Origin: Podarcis tiliguerta
Taxonomy: Eukaryota
DNA: 64,000 bases
Strand: one strand, 5' to 3'
Assembly (NCBI GenBank): GCA_965153285.1
Contig: OZ229111.1
Positions 36,377 to 47,341 of the stretch are shown here, in pieces. The position numbers and the translations under genes were made by a program. The number at the start of each line of letters is the position of its first letter. Position 1 is the stretch's first letter. Under the pieces are notes generated by a model that did not search any database, was not told the origin of the DNA, and was given only the letters and a program-made list of their open reading frames with translations.

Positions 36377-36883
36377 CTACTGCTCACTGATGCCATGCTC
36401 CCACGCTACCCTGGCTTGCTCCTCTTTCACACCGCTAGTTGGCTGGGAAATTTTGCGATGGAGCGCCCGGTGTTTTTCATCCTCTTCCAAGATCATCCCC
36501 TCCTCGTTTTCCAGGTTTGGAAGGCGGGAGTGATATGGTTTAGGGGGTAGAGCTGGAGGGTCCACAGCGTCCTGAGGAATGACTCCCGATGGAGCAGAGT
36601 GGCTTCGGCACGGCTGGGATTTGAGTGTTTCCAGGACATCAGGCTCTGAGAGACTATACCTGACGGGAAGGTAGGGTGTCTCTAAGTCTTCATCAGTATT
36701 CCACGCCTGGCTAGGGACAGAATCCATAGTGTCTGTTCGAGGAGGGGGTTCGGATGAATGCCCAAAGTTACTTTCACTTAACGAGGAGACGCCACTGCTT
36801 GCACTGCCTGAAAGGGTAGAGTTGCTTCCATCCAGGCCAGACTGGGGGCTTGTGGGTGATGCAGGAATCGGATGAAGTGGCGA
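36377..36883 (-). CDS. DOCK3: DOCK3 last coding exon (Ser/Pro-rich tail)
   Basis: Acceptor aaacag. SPLHPIPASPTSPQSGLDGSNSTLSGSASSGVSSLSESNFGHSS...PPALPPKPYH...EEQARVAWEHGISEQ*, matching the recalled DOCK3 C-terminus. Confidence 0.96.
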   Translation of the reverse strand, partial: SPLHPIPASPTSPQSGLDGSNSTLSGSASSGVSSLSESNFGHSSEPPPRTDTMDSVPSQAWNTDEDLETPYLPVRYSLSEPDVLETLKSQPCRSHSAPSGVIPQDAVDPPALPPKPYHSRLPNLENEEGMILEEDEKHRALHRKISQPTSGVKEEQARVAWEHGISEQ

Positions 36884-38751
36884 CTGTTTAAAAAATGACA
36901 CAGAACATTCATACGTATGTCAAAATGTACAAAGAAATATTTCCGCACTTCCGTGGTTAATTCGTCCCACACTGATCACAGAACATTAATTACTGTTTTT
37001 ATAGATTTTGTGTTCAAATATAAACAAATATCATAGCTGTCAACGTTTCCCTTTTTTAAAGGGAAATTCCCTTATTCCGAACAGGATTCCTCGCAAGAAA
37101 AGGGAAAAGTTGACAGCTATGAAATATGTATTCCCTGCCTTCTCTAGCTTTCCAAACGGAAACACCTGCAGTGTAATAATACCCTGAGGTACAGGGAAAT
37201 TAAACTGAACCAAAACAATCGCAATTGTGTGGTGGCTAACTCTTGCCTTCTTGATATTTACAACAATAAAGTGATCAGATAGGAAGGAGGGCAAGATTCA
37301 TCTGCCTTTAATTATAGAAAGTGTAGGGTATTTAAGATGGTGCAGCTATCAAAATTTCCTCTTCTACACAATTGCTATCAATACATAGAATTCCTGTTCT
37401 TTGCATCAGTCACTGTATCCAATACAGCCTATAGTTATGTATTTTTATATTGTAAATTGCCCTGCGATCATCGGATGAAGGCTGGCATATAAAATAAACA
37501 AAATAAATAAAACACTCCCCTACATAGTATTGTCTGCTACCCTGGTATACTCAGATATTCCAAAATCAAAGCACTTACTAAGAATAAACATATACTTCCA
37601 AAGTTAATTTTAATTTGCAGCAACAATGCAATTTAGAACAGATTTTCAACCCCTATCCATATTGTGCAGCTGAGCTCTCTATCATTACAATTTCACATAG
37701 TAAGAGCAGGACAAATATTTTGAGTATTGGTGCATGTACATAGCAACAGATTTTACAGGTACCACGTGCCGCTCCATGTCCACTTTTAACTTTTAGTACT
37801 GGGGTTTGCAAGAGGCTACTTTTCTTCTCTCTTTCTAAAACCTGTGCTGTGCTATAGTACTAAAGGGCTCAGGATTGAGGCTGGCTGCTGTTCTGTTACT
37901 GTATATAGCTGCCAGAAGTAAGGTGAACCGTGTGGGAGGACAACTTCAAGGAGCACATCCCACCAATCAGAAGCTTTCCTCCGGAATACAATAGCTGTTG
38001 GGGAATTAAGGAGGCCAATTCCTTCTGTTTTCATTTCCCCACCCTTACCTCCAGACACTTTAACTGCCCTCAACCATAGACCAACCTGCACATTCTGCCA
38101 GTTTCCTGAAATCCCTGAAAATGGGGTGGATGAGCAAAATTTCCTCAGAGTTTTCAAGCAGTAGCTGAGGCCTCCCAATGCTTCTTTAACTTAAAAACAA
38201 ACACCCTTTTGATTACTCATAGCAGTGTGAATTAAGGCCATATTTCTTTGGGGATGGACCATTCTCAAAGCAGCAAGAAGAGTGCTTTGAAAGTGCAATT
38301 CCTGCTGGCACAGACTGTGGTTTCAAAGCACTCTGTTCTCCCTCTTTGAGCAGGTACAGAAGAGTGCTTTGAAAGGGTGGCTCTGGATGGATCTACGCTT
38401 TCAAAGGAGACCCATGCTTAAATAGGAAGAGCATTTTGAAAGTCAATCAGGGAAAGTGCTTTGGAAAGGCTCCCCTTGCTGCTTTCAGAGTACCCTAACT
38501 CTCAGGAAATGTGGGCTTACCACACACTGCTATAGCAGCTTGAGGATCTTTTAACTGTTTTAAATAAGCAAGCAGGAGAAACACCCTTTCCCACCTCATC
38601 AAGTTTAGCAAGGTGATAAATCTCCCAGTAATATCACAGGGCGTACAGTAGAGTAAATCAGTATAAATAAACAAAGAGGTGGATTACAGAATTGCTCTCA
38701 GTATGCTGGCTGAATCAGAGGGTGGTTCTGCAATTTGAGATATAGTTTTAC

Positions 38752-38834
38752 CTTACGTAGCGTCCGTGCAGGCAGTGCTGGGGGGGCATCATTAAGATGG
38801 TGATGGAAGGCATCAAAATGCAGCGAGTAGTGAC
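38752..38834 (-). CDS. DOCK3: DOCK3 coding exon
   Basis: 83 nt, AG/GT flanked. GHYSLHFDAFHHHLNDAPPALPARTLRK. Confidence 0.93.
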
Positions 38835-39157
38835 CTTAAATGAGATAAATGGAAAAAGTTACCTGCGAGCAGTAAGTCAGAAATAGCATTTCCAACTCTT
38901 AAATGTCCTGTGATGCTAGTTAGACAGATATGTCCTGATAGTGCGGTGTCAGTTTCCTAGAAACCAATTATTTTACATGGTAAATTGTAACTCAATGTAC
39001 ACAACAACAAACAGCAAATGAAGGCAGCAACACAGTGTAACACATGCAGTTATCATATCAAGGCTCCCGTGGCAAGACAACAGGCTCTTTAGCATTAAAT
39101 ATCTGAAACCTTAATTTACCTTCAATAACTGGAGCTCAATGTTTTATTTGTTAAACC

Positions 39158-39252
39158 TAGGCTGCAATCCCATACACGCTAACCTTGTAGTAAGTCCCAT
39201 TGAACTCAATGTGACTTACTTCTGAGTAAACATGCATGGAATTGTACTGTAC
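39158..39252. repeat. Small palindromic repeat (aagtcccattgaactcaatg..acttac); related copies ~1110-1240, 7235-7320, 50296-50380, 60820-60915
   Basis: Self-complementary ~90-bp unit recurring through the window. Confidence 0.6.
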
Positions 39253-39510
39253 AGCTTTTAGCAAGACACTGGGCTAGTGTACATCACTCATAAGCCCAAT
39301 TCCAGTCCCAAAGCATATTTAGAGTACTGCTTTTTTTGGTTTTTTAAAGATTTATGAAATCATCAGCCAAGAGAGTTGGTGTAGCCTTCTCTTCCTTTTA
39401 CTCCTTTTTCATTTTTCAGAAGGCAAACAGGTGGCACTGTTTGCTTTCACATGGTTTAATTGGGCATTAGAGCAGGATTTCTTCTGCAGACCTACTGGCC
39501 ATTTCCTTAC

Positions 39511-39633
39511 CATGGGGCAGGCTTCGGGGAGGTACTGGTGGGGCCAGGATGCTCCCAACATGAGTAGACAGGAATGGCAAGGCCTCTCTGGTTCCGCTGT
39601 CCAGACTCCAGCTGCTTGGTGCTGCTGGAACAG
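39511..39633 (-). CDS. DOCK3: DOCK3 coding exon (frame-preserving, probably alternative)
   Basis: 123 nt, phase 1-1, ttcag/gtaagg. AVPAAPSSWSLDSGTREALPFLSTHVGSILAPPVPPRSLPH; the PSSWSLDSG..PPVPPR motif is shared with DOCK3/DOCK4 isoforms. Confidence 0.88.
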
Positions 39634-39810
39634 CTGAAGGATGGAAACAGATTGAATTTGGGTAATGCTGTAATATTTGATGGGACTGAAGGCTGACTTT
39701 TTAAACTCACTGAATCAAGTGAGTTTTGGGACTGGCCCCAAGCTGTTAGGTTATGTCCTGCTCTGAAGGCAGCGAGTGGTAAGAGAACTGTGCACTTCTT
39801 GATCATGAGA

Positions 39811-42800
39811 AAAAGACGAGTTGTACCTACCTGAAGTGTAGTTTTTCCATTTCCTAGTGAAAGGTCAGCAGAGTGGGGCGATGCCTCCACCTAGCGGTCA
39901 CAAGGCAGACAGAAACATTTTGGGAGGTAAGACTCCCAGCATGCATCCAGGATGCAGACTCGACAGCCAGGAGTGTAAGGATAGAAAGAAGAAGAAACAT
40001 GCTACCTCCTAATGTCAATGTGACTGTGCTAATAACAAGAATCCTGTAGCCAAACCAACTAGGGCAGGGTCTGCTGGCCTTTCATCAAGAAATGGAAAGC
40101 TACCTTTCAGGTAGGTACAACTGTACTTTTCCCCATTTCCAGTGAAAGAGTCAGCAGGACGCACAGCAGCTAATTTTTCTAAGGAGAGAATGCAGCTTCA
40201 GGAAGTCATAGCGGGAGGACCTGTTGCAGAGCCTTTCTGCCCAAAGCTGCGTCTGAGGGTGCGTAGGCATCCAGGTGGCAGTGCTTGGTGAAGGTCCTGG
40301 GTGCTGCCCAAGTAGCTGCCCTGCAGATCTCCTGTAGAAAAGCAGGAGAGGAAAACATATCTCTGGCTGCTGTGGCCTTTGTGGAATGAGCCATGGTGTG
40401 CTGAAGAGATAGGAAACCACTGCACCTCTTAGGCCAGCACTATACATGCCCTGATCCACCTAGAAAGGGTGGAAGAGGTTTATCTTCTTGGCCGGTGAGG
40501 GTGGGTAGAAGGATACAAACAGGGTTTCAGTTAGCCTACGGACTTTAGTTTCGTCAGTGTAAATCTTCAGGGTTCTGCAGACGTCCAGGGAATGTCAGGC
40601 CTTTTCCAGAGGATGGAGTAGGGATGGACAGAAGGAGAGCAGAACCATCTCCTTCTGGAGATGGAATCTGCAGGAGACACTGGGGGGTCTCGGTCCTTAG
40701 CACTACTCTGTTTCTATGGAAGACAAGAGGTGTTTGGCAACAGAAAGAGCATTCAACTTGGAGACTCTGCAGGCGGAGGTGATTGCGATGAGGAAGACCA
40801 TTTTCAAAGAAAGGAGCCACCTTGCTGAGAGGTTAAAAAAAAGAGGGTGTTGAAGCACAGAGAGAACCCTGTGAAGGTCCCAGGAGGGGAATCTATGGAA
40901 AGTCAGAGGGCATTTAAGAGATGCTCCCTGGGGAAAGTGTTTCAAGAGCAGGTGAGAGAAGGAAGGAAGGAGAGCGCAGCCTTGAGAGAATGGAGGAGAC
41001 CACCGCTGCCTGTTGTTTTAGCACACTGGGCTTCAGGCCTTTTCTCTGGTCATCTTGAAGGAATTCTAAGATGGTAGATACCAGGGTTATTGACTTTACA
41101 CCCTTCAGTAGAGCACCTCAGTAGGAAAGATTTCCAGGTGACTTGGTAGATATGTAGAGTCAAAGACTTTCCGCAGTGCAGCAGAATATCTATGATGTCT
41201 GGAGTGAGATCCATCTGTCAGCCATCTCTGGTCAAAGACCATGCAGTCAGATGCAACCAGGCAGGATCTGGGTGAAAGATCAGACCTTGAATTAGGATGT
41301 CCAGAAGTTGGGGGAGTTGCCACAGAGAGGACAGTGCTAGGCTCAGTACCTGCGGAAACCAAGGACAATGTGGCCAGAACTGAGTGATGAGGAGCACTCT
41401 TGCCTTTTCTTCCCTGATTTTCCTGAGGACCCATGGGAGTATGGGAGTTGGAGGGAAAGCATAGAGTTGACCCTGTGGCCAGGGGGAGAGCAGAGTGCTC
41501 CAGGTCTCCACTGATGGGGTGTGAAACCTGGTGAAGAATTGTGGAAGTTGGCAATCCCTATTAGATATAGAGAGATTGATTTTGCATTGGCTGAAGCTTT
41601 GCTGGAGTAGTTGGAAAACAAGTGGGGCTTCAGGCTCCGCTCTGCCTGGTTTGCCCGAGTGTTCTTAAGTCCGTATATGTGACTGATTGAATGTTGATCC
41701 CTGCCTAGTCCAAGAGGAGGGTTGTTTCTTGCTGCAGATTCGGGGATCAAGCTGAACCTTGCCTGTTGATGTTTCATTTGGCTTTGGTATTGTCTGTCCA
41801 GATGTACATACATGTACCAGAGAGAGAGATGTTGTCCCTCCTCAAGATGACTAAGTCAGTTCACCATTGCAGGCTGTGATGGAGCTGGGGTGACAGCCTG
41901 ATGTGAAGGCGCCTGCTGAGGGCAATGTTTTTTGGAAATGGCAGTAGGGCCCACTGGAGGGGCCAAGCATGGTGCTTCACCCAAGGAGTTGCTGAGACGC
42001 AGAGGCCAAGGACATGTGCCACCACCATTATATTGGCGTGAATGAGGGCTAAGAAGAGAAGAAGAAGAGTTTGGATTTGATATCCCGCCTTTCACTCCCT
42101 TTAAGGAGTCTCAAAGCGGCTAACATTCTCCTTTCCCTTCCTCCCCCACAACAAACACTCTGTGAGAGGAGTGGGGCTGAGAGACTTCAAAGAAGTGTGA
42201 CTAGCCCAAGGTCACCCAGCAGCTGCATGTGGAGGAGCGGAGACGCGAACCCAGTTCCCCAGATTACGAGACTACCGCTCTTAACCACTACACCACACTG
42301 GCTAAGGCTGTACTGCAGATTTGCTTTCTGAAATCTTTCCAGGGCTAAGGAGATGAGGCTTTTGGTGGTGTACAGGAGTTCTCCAAAATGTATTAGGTGA
42401 TAAGTTGGGGAGATACGGCTTTTTTTTTTAACTGACCAGGAACTCGTCAGTAGTTCTAAAAGGACTGATTGTAGAAATGTGGAGAACGGTGCCTATTCTG
42501 CCGCTTGTTGTCCGTCTTGTATGTTAGCAATACCTTCCACTTGTCATCTAGACTAAGATGTCCTTTAGGGCATCCTCCCTGAGAAGCTTGCCTCCTGCAT
42601 ATGACGCGATGGAGAGGCTGACATAAGAGTGTCTACATCCCAGTGTTTGAGCATTAAGTGCATCTGGTGACCACATCTGCTACAAAGGCTCAAGAAGCAC
42701 ATTGAGAGGTATCCATAGTAGCATCTGCTATGAAGACAGCTGAGCAATGGATTTTTAGTAGGGTTTGACATGTGCAACTTGTATCCTGGTTTGATGGGTC

Positions 42801-43383
42801 TAAGGGCTCATCTAAAAGCTTATCTTATAGATGTTTAGATAAAAACAGAGGCTGTTTGTGCTGCTCTAATGGGCAGGGTGGGGGCTTCATGTGTTTTATG
42901 GATTGCATAGTTCAATCTGCATTCAGTGGTGTCCTTTAATTGTGAATCCCCAACTCTGGGAAGTAGATTTTCAGAAACTAAGAGAGAAATAGGACAATAC
43001 ATGCTAGGGGTTTTAAGGGAGTCAGTGAATTCAGTTTCCAAGGTGTAAAATGTATTCACAATAGGTACAGCTTTTTATTCTGCCTTAGTAGCCTTCTTTA
43101 AAGGAGCAATCACCACAACTCCTTCAGGGGAGTGTAGGGAAACAAAGGGGAACATGGCCACAGGGAAAGAGGACTATTATTAACTCCTAATTTTTTCCTT
43201 TTCTGTCACAGAAGAAATTCAGAGAGAAAACCTGAAAGATCAGCGAGAGCAGTAGCGACCAATGGCAGGAGCAGAACTGGATTCTTGCTGGGAGTCCTAT
43301 CTCCCAAAAGGTTGCTGTCTGCCTTGTAACCACTAGGTGGAGCAATCAACTTACTCTGCTGACCTTTCACTGGAAATGGGAAA
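39811..43383 (-). mobile_element. Degenerate, internally deleted DIRS1-like tyrosine-recombinase retrotransposon
   Basis: ITRs 39843-39950 / 43277-43383 and ICR 40071-40157. Remnants of gag (~42500-43060), RT end/connection/RNase H (~41550-42430), MT-like domain (LYAFPP..LRKIREE..FWP..PWF..LHLTAW, 41218-41511) and YR (PSWDL..LKMVFLIAITSACRVSKL; AHSTKA..ICRAATW..TFTKH, 40206-40945). Confidence 0.92.
42054..42303 (-). mobile_element. tRNA-derived CORE/Squam3-like SINE nested in the DIRS element
   Basis: - strand head agccagtgtggtgtagtggttaagagc (A box), ggttcgcgtct (B box), CORE-like gtgaccttgggctagtcac, (CTT)n tail; ggctaag repeated at both ends. Confidence 0.85.
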
Positions 43384-44063
43384 GCAGTTTAGATAGATTA
43401 GCATTATTAGGAGACCAAGAAGATATCTTTTAGACTACAGATTTTTTTTTTTAAAAAAAGCAGGATGAAGGAAGCAGTAACAAAGAACAAGGAACAGACA
43501 TTTCAGTATGCAGAACAGAGCCTGTTACTGTGCCGCGATGACCAAGATGAGGTAAGTTTGTTTTCCTCTGGTCCCAAACCATTTTTTAAAACAAAAAACA
43601 AAACAAAATTCCTTATACATTAATGAGACAAAACAAGTAGAAAAGAGTTGCATTTTCCTGATAAAGGTAACACACTTATAAAATTCATGGTAGCAGTCAA
43701 ACAGAAAATAAGAGGCTTAAAAAGACTATAGCAATGAAAACAATCACCAAGACTTTGCCCAGACATTGATCTTACTGCCAAACATCAAACAGAATCTCAC
43801 CGACAGGGGAGTTCTGACACAAGACTTGGCAAAAAGTATACATCAGCCTTGGTTGTAGAGGAGAATGCTGTGGATTATAGTTTATGTGGGGCCTATAACC
43901 CCCACAATGAATTAATTATGTTTCCCATCCCAACATTCACCGTGTTATGAAGCGACCATTCACTATTTGTTTAACAAACCTTCTTATTCTGTTCTCACTG
44001 AGAACCTAAATCCACAGTTTTTGAGTCTGTAGCAGGCATCATTTTCACTCAGCCTATACGTAC

Positions 44064-44153
44064 TGACTTCCTGCTGCCGCCACTGGATGAGCAAGTTGTG
44101 TGCATGCTTTGAAACTGCTCTAAACTGATCACTATCTATCTGAAGGTCACCAC
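44064..44153 (-). CDS. DOCK3: Weaker candidate DOCK3 cassette exon (30 codons) or alternative terminal exon (to stop at 43984)
   Basis: U-rich tract + atacag acceptor, CA|gtacgt donor, 90 nt, phase 1-1, open frame. Confidence 0.3.
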
Positions 44154-44623
44154 CTGTATAGAATACACATGAAAACCAGAAACAAAACATGGAATATCTT
44201 AACTGGTGGCAAATTCCATACCCTCCTCCCTGCTGTGTCTATCGTATTTTAGACTAAAATGCTTGGAAAACCTGATGTGCAATTCTGATATTGGATGGTT
44301 TATCCCAAATAAAGGCTTAGCTCATGCTTAAACTATCTTTGAAAGTCCCTGCTGTCCTGTAGTGGCCAAACCATCGGCTGCAGAGTTTGTCTTCAGTGAT
44401 TAGATTCATCAGCAGAGAAGCTATAATTGAAAAGATTTTGCTTAAAGGTGTTCAATGTCACTCTACTGTCAAGAAAAATCAGTGTTAAAAAGGGAAAGTG
44501 ACAGGTCTCCAGTTTTACCCAAACATGTGCTTTCAGCCGGTTAGGGAGAGCATTCCAAGCACCTTCAGCTGTATATGTTGTGCAGTTGATTTATACACCA
44601 ACTCCCCTTCCAATGGCCTATGG

Positions 44624-45033
44624 CAGGGATGTCCAACAGGTCTATCGTGATCTATTGGTAGATCCCCGTGAGGTTTCGGTAGATCGCGGTCGATCTCTGG
44701 CTCCCTTTCCTTAGTGTCCCTAAAACTGACTCCTGCCCTGCCCCCCCCCCGCACCGCCCTTCATTGTTTGATCTCTAGAAGGGAAGACAGAGCTTTCTCT
44801 GTGCTGCTGTTTTCATCCATAGCGATTTTTTTGAGTGACTTTACCCCTTTGTCCCTTGCCTTTAACCCCCACAAAAATGGAACCTTTCCCTCCAAAAAAG
44901 CTGTTTTTTAACCACTAAAAATGGGGCCTTTCTCCTCCCTAAAAAAAGTTCAACAATTTAGAGCTGACCCAGATCACTGCCAGTTTTTAATTCTGAAAGT
45001 AGATTGCCGTCTCTTGAGAGTCGGCCACCCCTG
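44624..45033. mobile_element. hAT-type non-autonomous element
   Basis: Imperfect TIR cagggatgtccaac / gtcggccacccctg, perfect 8-bp TSD gcctatgg. Confidence 0.85.
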
Positions 45034-45139
45034 GCCTATGGATTACTGACCTTTCCAAAGTGCTGCTTCATAACTGAAATTTTCCCTTTATGTAGATAAT
45101 CTCTATGCAGGAAGGAGATTGTCATATTTGAAACATGAC

Positions 45140-45229
45140 TCACAAATGTATATATTTTGCTAGGAGTATAAATGGATTGGGCAGTCACAAATGTATATAT
45201 TCTGCTAGGAGTATATATGGATTGGGCAG
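45140..45229. repeat. 45-bp direct tandem duplication
   Basis: tcacaaatgtatatatt(t/c)tgctaggagtata(a/t)atggattgggcag x2, two mismatches. Confidence 0.9.
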
Positions 45230-45454
45230 TTGCTGTGTGATTAACTGCTTGTTCTAAATACACATGGTTTTAAGAGATTATAGTGATAAGAACACTTTGA
45301 ATGAACATAAAACGAGACAATAAAATTAATTAATAGTATTTAACAAAAAATTATATACTGCTTGACTGCAACAAAACCTCTAAGGGCTGACAAGAAATAT
45401 TAAAATTATCAGCAAAGTAGTTAAAAACAAGTAATTAAAACATTTAAAAAATAA

Positions 45455-45860
45455 TTTATTTATTTGATTTACTGAATTTATATACCGCCCTATACCCGGA
45501 GATCTCAGGGCGGGTCATAGAATTTAAACCAGCAGCAAACTAAAAAAAAGGTTTGAAAACAATTTATTCAAGATATGTACATCTGGATAGGTTTAGCTTA
45601 ACAAAAAAGTTTTAAGCAGGCATCAGAAAGAACACAGCTAAGCCACCACTCAACCTGATGTAAATTGGCAGGGAGTGCAAAAGTTTAGGTCCTGCCGTGC
45701 TAAAAAAGAAATTTCTTACAAGTTCTGCAAGTGGGTCAAGAGAGGTCAAGTGGGTACATATGAAGTAAGGAGATCCTGCAAATAAACTGGCTTCCAAGTG
45801 ATTAGGGCTTTATAGGCCAATACTAGCACCTTGAACTTCACCCACTAATGCAGATCTCTG
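45455..45860 (-). mobile_element. L2-like LINE 3' fragment
   Basis: (TTTA)n tail, tataccgccct...ctcagggcgg terminus, upstream degenerate RT-tail sequence. Confidence 0.6.
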
Positions 45861-45997
45861 AGCAGAGTCTTGCTCATGTCAGCAACCGTGCTACAGGATT
45901 CAGCGCTAGCTTTAGATTCTGGATCCAGCAAAGCAGCAAAAAGCAATGCCTGAAATAAGTGTCATAAGTAAATAATATAAAATAGGGCACGGAATAC

Positions 45998-46085
45998 CTT
46001 TTTCAGCAACAGAAAGGTTGGGATCGCTGCAGGGTTTGCACGGTCCAATCACTTGCTGGAGCAAGGCTCGCTGGAAGTTTGGGTG
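45998..46085 (-). CDS. DOCK3: DOCK3 coding exon
   Basis: 88 nt. HPNFQRALLQQVIGPCKPCSDPNLSVAEK. Confidence 0.93.
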
Positions 46086-47003
46086 CTAAGAGAGAAGAAA
46101 GGCAACAAATACTTGCACTTCTTAAACAACAGTTTGTAACTATGCTGTTTGATATCTCCAATAAGATTCACAAGATATCTGATTGTTTACATTTGTTTTA
46201 TGTTACAAGGGCAACCTCTGTGCCTATGTTATTATGACTATATAATAATAATTTGAATGAAGGCAGAATATTTTTTTTACCATAAATATCATGCTCTAGG
46301 GAGAGTAAGGAGGGCATTGGAGAACTTCCCAGTTATGCCCCTTCCACCAGTAAGAGACAGGGGTTGGGGTATAACTTGATTCCTCTGCTGGAAGGACCTC
46401 CCAAGACTGAGACTGGACTGGAATGAGCAGGAACACCCTCCAACCCCCCCAAAGTGGCTGCTCTGCAGATCTCCCTGAGAGTAGCACATGCTCAGGGTGC
46501 AGAAGCTGCAGTTTCTTTTATTGAATTTGCTCAGGAAGCTGACAGGTACAATGATACAGGTGCTGGTCAAAGGCATGGGCCTGTCTGCCCTCAGTTATTG
46601 CCAATACGTTTTGCCTGGGATTTTTAGTGCATTATGACTAGGGTAATCCCAGCCTTGCCAGCCCTGTGTGCTGAGGCCTGTTGTTTGAAATGTCCACCAG
46701 CTGGCTACTCTGCTACTCCTTTGGCCAGGAATCACTAAAGCCATCTCCCTTCCTGACTCACCTCACCCACATGAATCCTAGCTATGGGATTCAGAACCCC
46801 TTTCTTTTTCCCCCGCTCTCTTTTTCTGAAGGGAAGACAGACAGGAAAGGTGGGCTAGCTGATTGGGGACAGTTATCCTGCCAAGTAAGGTAACCTGCAA
46901 GTTCCTCCTTCCCATTAGTTCCCATTTCCAAAACATTTGTCCTTTCCTGTCCAGAAAATGGATCTGTTTGCTAATTTCATGTCCTGGCACATTCAGAAAA
47001 AAC

Positions 47004-47194
47004 CAGTGGCATAGCGTGGGGGGTGCAGGGGGGGCCGGCCGCACCGGGCGCAACATCTGGGGGTTAGGGTTAGGGGGCACAAATCCACAAGTTAGGGGGT
47101 GCAAATCCACGAGTTAGGGGGTGCAAATCCACGGGTTAAGGGGTGCAAATTACTTGCCTTGCCCCAGGTGCTGACAACCCACGCTACGCCACTG
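47004..47194. mobile_element. hAT-type MITE with internal G-rich tandem repeats
   Basis: TIR cagtggcatagcgtggg / cccacgctacgccactg, perfect 8-bp TSD gaaaaaac. Confidence 0.88.
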
Positions 47195-47222
47195 GAAAAA
47201 ACAGCAATACTGAAATCGTTAC

Positions 47223-47341
47223 CTGTCCATTTTCCATGATAGCTGCAGGGTACATGGCACTGCTAGGTCGGTCTCGGTGCATCGGTAATAACATCATCAG
47301 CTCCCGATTATGACGATACTTATCTGGTAGAGAGGGAGAGC
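47223..47341 (-). CDS. DOCK3: DOCK3 coding exon
   Basis: 119 nt. GSPSLPDKYRHNRELMMLLPMHRDRPSSAMYPAAIMENGQ. Confidence 0.93.

Noticed and set aside
41218-41511. Methyltransferase-like and recombinase ORFs as a novel or prokaryote-like system
   Set aside because: Both are standard DIRS components, here broken by stops, frameshifts and catalytic substitutions.
46289-46474. ORF GDLQSSHFGG... after a possible acceptor in a DOCK3 intron
   Set aside because: Weak pyrimidine tract, no credible in-phase donor, no homology.
47066-47150. Short regularly spaced repeats as a CRISPR-like array (also 45140-45229)
   Set aside because: Head-to-tail tandem repeats without unique spacers, in a eukaryotic MITE or intron; no cas genes.
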